Part shown: in pieces, positions 58,975 to 64,000 of the stretch | How the letters are laid out: every line of letters starts with the position of its first letter | Numbering within the stretch: position 1 is the stretch's first letter | NCBI GenBank assembly: GCA_051251855.1 | Contig: JBPOGI010000004.1 | Location: 352,001 to 416,000, forward strand | Direction of reading: 5' to 3' | Length of the DNA stretch: 64,000 bases | From: Roseibacillus sp. | Lineage (GTDB): Bacteria; Verrucomicrobiota; Verrucomicrobiia; Verrucomicrobiales; Akkermansiaceae | Notes under the pieces: generated by a model | What the model was told of the DNA's origin: nothing | Databases searched by the model: none | What the model saw: the letters and a program-made list of their open reading frames with translations, nothing else | Made by a program: the position numbers and the translations under genes

Positions 58975-60234
58975 TTAGAATCGGTAGTTCATTGAGACAC
59001 CCAGCTGCTGATTACTGTAGCCAAAGTCCGAGTCGGTGGAGTCACTCTTGGACCACTGATAGAGAACGACGAGCTCTGAGTCCTCACCAAAGGAGTAACG
59101 CAAAGACGGTCGCACATAGGTGATGGTATCCTCTCGTCCCGACTCAGGGAGTCCTGCAATACCAAAGTAATCTGTCGTCTCACGACCAACCTCGAGTCCA
59201 ACACTCCAACCATCTCGCAATCGCTGGTTGACTCCTGCCCGAATCCCCATGAGTTGGAAGTTCTCCCCTTCCAACGCAGCTGACGCCTCTTCCCGTCGAT
59301 AAGCTTCGAGGTAGAGAGCAGTCTTGGCCCGAGGTGTCCAATCTACGCGTGCCGCCAAATACGGCTCAACTCCCGATCCAACTTCATAATTGCGATACTC
59401 CATCCCTCCCTCTAAAGAAAAACTCACTTTGGAACGTGGACTCCAAAGAGCCTGTAATCCTAGCCGGTGAAACGTCTGCTTGCCCGAGCCATCGACCTCT
59501 ACTTGTCCGAAACGGTAAGCAGCTTCCACCTGCGTCTTGCGCGAGTGACGATAGCGAGCTGCGATCCCTGCAGATGATTGATAGAAGTCAAAGAAGGCTG
59601 GCTCTACCTGATCCACTACAGCCCGATCCGCAAAAAACTCATAAGACACCTTTCCCTTGGGGGTGTATGTCACTCCTGCGCGCCCCCCCCATTCGTGTCG
59701 ATCAGAAGCGCCTCCAATATCAGCACTGGGACTTCCAACCTTCGCCCAGCCTGCCGAATACGCGAGGGAAAGCGTCTTCCCTTTGACTCCGCCATCGACC
59801 GAAACACGATGGTCAATACGGCTATCTTCGGTTTGAGCAAAATAAACAATCGCTGCCGCCTCATAGGCGAGTCTGACCCAAGTGCCGTCTTTCGAGCCTG
59901 CAGTCCAACCTACGGAGGGCTCCAATTGAGCAACCAGACTACTGGTCTCGTTATCAGGAGTCTGAAAAATGTTGTTGTCGTAGGCGAGGGAAGAAACGAG
60001 GGAAATGTCTAACCCCTTCTTGAAGGAGACCTTTTCAGCTCCCTGACTCCGCACCGCACGACGATCCAGCTTATTATCCATGCGTTGGTCAGTACGACCT
60101 TGACCTATTGCCATGATAGAGGACCCCGCCAAACAGACAGAGACGATACCTGCACCACGAAAAAAGAATATTTTTTGGAAAAACGCCACGAAGATGGCCC
60201 AGATTATAAAATATCGCTCAAAAAAACAAATCAT
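58975..60234 (-). CDS. Outer-membrane beta-barrel of EPS locus; start uncertain
   Basis: YDNNIF, alternating beta strands, C-terminal MNYRF; upstream of wza-like gene. Confidence 0.82.
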   Translation of the reverse strand: MICFFERYFIIWAIFVAFFQKIFFFRGAGIVSVCLAGSSIMAIGQGRTDQRMDNKLDRRAVRSQGAEKVSFKKGLDISLVSSLAYDNNIFQTPDNETSSLVAQLEPSVGWTAGSKDGTWVRLAYEAAAIVYFAQTEDSRIDHRVSVDGGVKGKTLSLAYSAGWAKVGSPSADIGGASDRHEWGGRAGVTYTPKGKVSYEFFADRAVVDQVEPAFFDFYQSSAGIAARYRHSRKTQVEAAYRFGQVEVDGSGKQTFHRLGLQALWSPRSKVSFSLEGGMEYRNYEVGSGVEPYLAARVDWTPRAKTALYLEAYRREEASAALEGENFQLMGIRAGVNQRLRDGWSVGLEVGRETTDYFGIAGLPESGREDTITYVRPSLRYSFGEDSELVVLYQWSKSDSTDSDFGYSNQQLGVSMNYRF

Positions 60235-60481
60235 TTCACACGACTTGATTAGTTTTCCGAATCAATATGTAGTTCACACCAAAACCAAACCGCCTAAAAT
60301 AATGCTTAACCAACTATAAACAAGTGATTTACAAACCCCACGGAAAAGGACAAGAACAAGGAAAACTGTTAACCAAATTTACGTATTTCTCACAACCTCG
60401 AAGTCTGTTCACTAAAAATAACAAGAATTATTTCCCGTTTCGCTTTACCCTACGAACCCTCTCTGGCAGTTCTAAGTAGCC

Positions 60482-61768
60482 GTGGATTACGTCCGATTTC
60501 ATTGCCCAGCTTGCAACCACCTCCTTGTCGTTCCTCCGGAAGCGGCCGGCATGACTGGTCCCTGCCCAAACTGCCAGACCACCATTCAAGGCCCCAATCA
60601 TTTCAATCCCCCCCAACCCCAGCCTTTGAATCCTCCGCAGGAGGACGTTCCTACTCTCTATCCCCAAGATCCTTCCGAAGTCGCTCTCTCCTCACCAGTT
60701 GCAGAATCGTCTCCTCCCGAAAGAGCTCCTATCGAAGTCAGTTCGCCTGCCCCGATACAAGAACAACCCGAGCCTGACCCCTCCCCCATCAGAGAACCTC
60801 TTCCAGCTTCGAAGCCTTATCCCAACCCTCTTTCCTCCAACCAACGACCATCAGGACTCACTTTTGCGCAGGCCTTTGCTCTCTGCTTCGTCTCTTCTCT
60901 CATCTTTTTCGCCCTTGGCTTTGTTTTGGGCAAGTCCGGCGCCGTCAAGTGGGACCAAATCCTAGAAAAAGCGAAAGCCCAACAACCTACAGCCTCCTCC
61001 GATACCAATCTCTCGACTGATAGGAAAGCTGCCGTCGACACTCCAATCATCCCTTTGGAAGTCAAACCAGCAGACCCGACCCAAGAACTGAGCACAGCCC
61101 AAGCTACCTTGGAAGCATTCCTCGCAGCAGATACTTGGGGTGCCCGCAATGCCTACGCCCTCAATTCGAAAGCAGTACTTCCCATGATGGCAGCGAACGC
61201 AACCGTTCATGGTGACGGCCCCATCCCTTTCGAATCCATCACCTTGCATACCGAAGGCCCCAATATGCGCGTGTTTTGGGTGAAGACCAACAACCACCCC
61301 CTTCCTTTCAGTGTCGTGATGCTCAAGGAAGACGACTGGTGGCTCGTAGATTGGCCTGGCTTTGCTGACTTTTACTATGACCGACTCGGCGCATTTTCTC
61401 GAGGTCGTGAAGGCCCGATGAAGGGCGTCTTCCGCGTTCTTTTGAAGGCTGCACCGGGTGAGACCTCGCCACTGAGCCCCTCCCGATGCCTTGTCCGAGC
61501 TCCTCACTCTCCCACATCGTATCAGGTCAACTCTCTTGCTGAATCGCCTGCCCGCCGCAAACTCGCCGAAATCTTCCAAGCCTACCAGCAAGGAGAACCC
61601 GAACGCTTCAAGGATGCAATCACCGGCGATGGAATTCCTCTCATCTTGGAGATTTCCCGCAGCGGGGCCCAGAATCCCACCCTACAACTTGAGCAGGTGA
61701 TAACAACCGGATGGCCTCCTCTCTCTGCACAGCAAACTGAAAAAGATACTTCATCACGCTTTTATTGA
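60482..61768 (+). CDS. Membrane-anchored protein with N-terminal zinc ribbon and Pro-rich linker
   Basis: CPAC...CPNC, Pro-rich segment, single TM, C-terminal domain with VDW..F. Confidence 0.75.
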   Translation: MDYVRFHCPACNHLLVVPPEAAGMTGPCPNCQTTIQGPNHFNPPQPQPLNPPQEDVPTLYPQDPSEVALSSPVAESSPPERAPIEVSSPAPIQEQPEPDPSPIREPLPASKPYPNPLSSNQRPSGLTFAQAFALCFVSSLIFFALGFVLGKSGAVKWDQILEKAKAQQPTASSDTNLSTDRKAAVDTPIIPLEVKPADPTQELSTAQATLEAFLAADTWGARNAYALNSKAVLPMMAANATVHGDGPIPFESITLHTEGPNMRVFWVKTNNHPLPFSVVMLKEDDWWLVDWPGFADFYYDRLGAFSRGREGPMKGVFRVLLKAAPGETSPLSPSRCLVRAPHSPTSYQVNSLAESPARRKLAEIFQAYQQGEPERFKDAITGDGIPLILEISRSGAQNPTLQLEQVITTGWPPLSAQQTEKDTSSRFY

Positions 61769-61827
61769 TCTTAAAATTGTGTTAATGAAAGGCCTCCCAG
61801 TCGATTTTCTTCACAAATCGATGTCCT

Positions 61828-63186
61828 ATGAACGAGGCCCCACTAGAACCTGGTGACGAAAACTCCCACCGCCGCAACCGCGCTATCACCAGCGCGGTTT
61901 TCACGTCTCTTGCTTCCAAAGTGGGAACCGTGGTCTTGCAGTTCGTGTCCATTCCTATTGCTTATCGCGCCTTAGGCGAAGAAATGTTCGGCCTCTACGC
62001 CACGATCGCCGTTTCTATCGGAACCATTATTCTCTTTCAGATTGGAATTGGACCAGCCCTGACGCATGGCATCTCTCGCGCTCTCACCGCCAAGGACAAA
62101 CTACTAGAGAAACAGTATTTCTCCACCTCTTGGTTTCTTCTGGTGCTCCTCACCCTGATCGGCGGTCTAGTTGCCGCTCTGGTTCTGAGCTTCGTCCCCC
62201 TCACCTTCTTCTTCGGAGACAAATACGCTGGTCTCGAGTCAAAACTTCTTCCCGGCCTATGGCTGGCCCTAGGCATTGTCCTCCTTGAGTTCATTCTCAG
62301 TCACACTGAGCGCGCTCGCGAAGGCTTTCTCCAAGTTCACATCAACAATCTCTTTGGAGCTGCTGGAAACATCCTTGGCGCAATTACGATTGCAATTGGT
62401 ATTCACTTCTTTCAAACCATTGAGTTCCTGATCCTCGCCATCTTCGGAACGCGCGCACTAGTTCGCATCGCCAACACCATCTACCTGTTTATCCAGAGGC
62501 CCGACCTCTTCCCGAAGATCAGCCTATTTGAAAAGCCACTTGCTCGTGAAATGCTCTCCGATGGTTTCGCCTTCACCGTCTCTCAGTCCTTAACAGGAAT
62601 CATTGAAATAAATGGCTGCGGCCTACTTGTAGCTCGTTTCGGAGGCCCTATTGCCGTAGGTCACTTCCAGATCCTCATGCAACTATCTACCTTGATGCTT
62701 GGGATCATCATCATGTTCACCACACCCACTTGGCCTGCGGTCGTCGACGCTTTCACCCGCCGAGATTTCGACTGGGTCAAGCGCGTCACCAAACGCCTCT
62801 GGCTTCTGGTTGGAGGATACTGCGGCGCCGTAGTCATTGGTCTTCCTCTCGTTGGTTCGTTTGTTCTCCCTCTCATTTTTGGCCCAGAATTTCAGGTGAC
62901 ATGGCAAGTGCTCCTCGCCTTCGCTCTCTACTTCTCGATCTCCTCATGGGGACACACCAACAACGCCCTCCTCATCGGTGTAGGCCTCGTCAAGCGAGCC
63001 GCCGTCTTCTCCCTTCTGGAAACCAGCATCCTGCTCATTCCCGCCGCGCTTGGCATCTACTTCTTTGGGCTTCCCGGCTTATTCACTGGCATGGCTATCG
63101 CGATGGTCGCCATCACAGGCTGGCTCTTTCCTCTCATGCTCATGAATCGAATTCGGAGCAAGTCTCTCACCCTCGCGACAATCTAA
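61828..63186 (+). CDS. Oligosaccharide flippase (Wzx/MOP family)
   Basis: About 12 TM; ALGEEMFGLYA, IGIG.AL, PTWPA motifs; EPS context. Confidence 0.85.
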   Translation: MNEAPLEPGDENSHRRNRAITSAVFTSLASKVGTVVLQFVSIPIAYRALGEEMFGLYATIAVSIGTIILFQIGIGPALTHGISRALTAKDKLLEKQYFSTSWFLLVLLTLIGGLVAALVLSFVPLTFFFGDKYAGLESKLLPGLWLALGIVLLEFILSHTERAREGFLQVHINNLFGAAGNILGAITIAIGIHFFQTIEFLILAIFGTRALVRIANTIYLFIQRPDLFPKISLFEKPLAREMLSDGFAFTVSQSLTGIIEINGCGLLVARFGGPIAVGHFQILMQLSTLMLGIIIMFTTPTWPAVVDAFTRRDFDWVKRVTKRLWLLVGGYCGAVVIGLPLVGSFVLPLIFGPEFQVTWQVLLAFALYFSISSWGHTNNALLIGVGLVKRAAVFSLLETSILLIPAALGIYFFGLPGLFTGMAIAMVAITGWLFPLMLMNRIRSKSLTLATI

Positions 63187-63198
63187 TTCTACATCCTT

Positions 63199-64000
63199 AT
63201 GTCTAACTCCCCAAAGCTTCACCTTGCCTGTGGACGACGCTTTCACCCCGATTGGCACAATCTCGATTTCAGCCCTATGGTCGAGGGGGTAATTGTTCAC
63301 AACCTCACCGAGCCTCTCCCCTACGAGACCAGTAGCGTTGCCTGCTGCCACTCGGCCCACGTCTTAGGGCACTTTCGCAAGGAGCAAGCCGAAGCCTTCC
63401 TGAGCGAACAACTTCGTGTCCTCGAGCCGGGCGGCATCGCTCGCTTCGCCGTACCTGACCTCCAACAAGTGATCCACGAATATAGAGAACTGATTGGCCC
63501 CCTTTGCGAAGGCGACTACGACCGTGCAGCCGACTATGAATGGAATCAAATCGAACTCTATGATCAGGTTGACCGATCGTTCTATGGCGGAAAGATGGCG
63601 AAATTTCTCGCGCAAGATCCCGTCCCCAACCGTGACTACGTTATCAAACGTATCGGCGAAGAGGGGCGTGAACTCATGGACGCGCCGCATGATGGAAAAA
63701 TCGTTCAAACCAAGCTGAAACTCGAACATCTTGGCTACTACTTTAAAAAAGCTCGCCTCAAACTCACTCGCGGAGTCGTTCAAATCTTAGCAGGTAAAGA
63801 GGCAGCCCTCGCCTTCCACGAAGGCTGCTTCCGACGCTTCTCAGGCGAAGTCCAGTGGAAGGTCTATGACCAATATTCCCTCACACGCGACCTACTCGCA
63901 CTTGGATTCACTGACATCCGTCGCTGCCATCACGACGAAAGCAGAATCCCTGACTTTAAAGATTTCAGCTTCGACAGCGATGAGCAAGGCAACGAACGCA
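63199..64000 (+). CDS. Class I SAM-dependent methyltransferase (3'-truncated by window; absent from ORF track)
   Basis: ATG 63199: MSNSPKLHLACG...WHNLD...PLPY...HSAHVLGH...RVLEPGG.ARFAVPDL; frame appears open to the window end. Confidence 0.88.
   Translation, partial: MSNSPKLHLACGRRFHPDWHNLDFSPMVEGVIVHNLTEPLPYETSSVACCHSAHVLGHFRKEQAEAFLSEQLRVLEPGGIARFAVPDLQQVIHEYRELIGPLCEGDYDRAADYEWNQIELYDQVDRSFYGGKMAKFLAQDPVPNRDYVIKRIGEEGRELMDAPHDGKIVQTKLKLEHLGYYFKKARLKLTRGVVQILAGKEAALAFHEGCFRRFSGEVQWKVYDQYSLTRDLLALGFTDIRRCHHDESRIPDFKDFSFDSDEQGNER

Overview
A 64-kb bacterial chromosomal window, inferred to be Verrucomicrobiota from its PEP-CTERM proteins, TIGR02597-like protein, sulfatases and choice-of-anchor-Q-like proteins. 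The + strand is strongly C-rich, which creates many shadow ORFs. Core or common genes: carB 3' end, an RlmI-like methyltransferase, an RND tripartite pump, a cysteine desulfurase, an MlaF-like ATPase, folP, dprA, a type IA topoisomerase, tRNA-Pro(TGG), uvrB, and the start of an exopolysaccharide locus (beta-barrel, Wza-like, Wzc-like, Wzx-like, methyltransferase). Glycan-active enzymes: two sulfatases, a sialate O-acetylesterase and a GH20 hexosaminidase. Most notable observations: (1) two ORFs at 39943-41121 are one reading frame interrupted by an in-frame TGA followed by a SECIS-like hairpin, a candidate SelN-like selenoprotein; (2) a ~150-nt non-coding element occurs twice (34792-34940, 39416-39565) with compensatory base changes and GNRA loops, a candidate new sRNA family; (3) a variable locus between an L,D-transpeptidase-like gene and uvrB contains duplicated, synonymously diverged ends of both flanking genes around surface-protein cargo; (4) a recurring C-terminal F[FYA]R[LV] domain is swapped with PEP-CTERM on adjacent paralogs, a candidate sorting signal; (5) a three-gene TIGR04255-like / unknown / ART-like module that may be a toxin-antitoxin or defence system; (6) a 124-bp element duplicating the tRNA-Pro 3' end, and a MITE/REP-like family. 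All family assignments come from motif recognition by eye, with no database searches.
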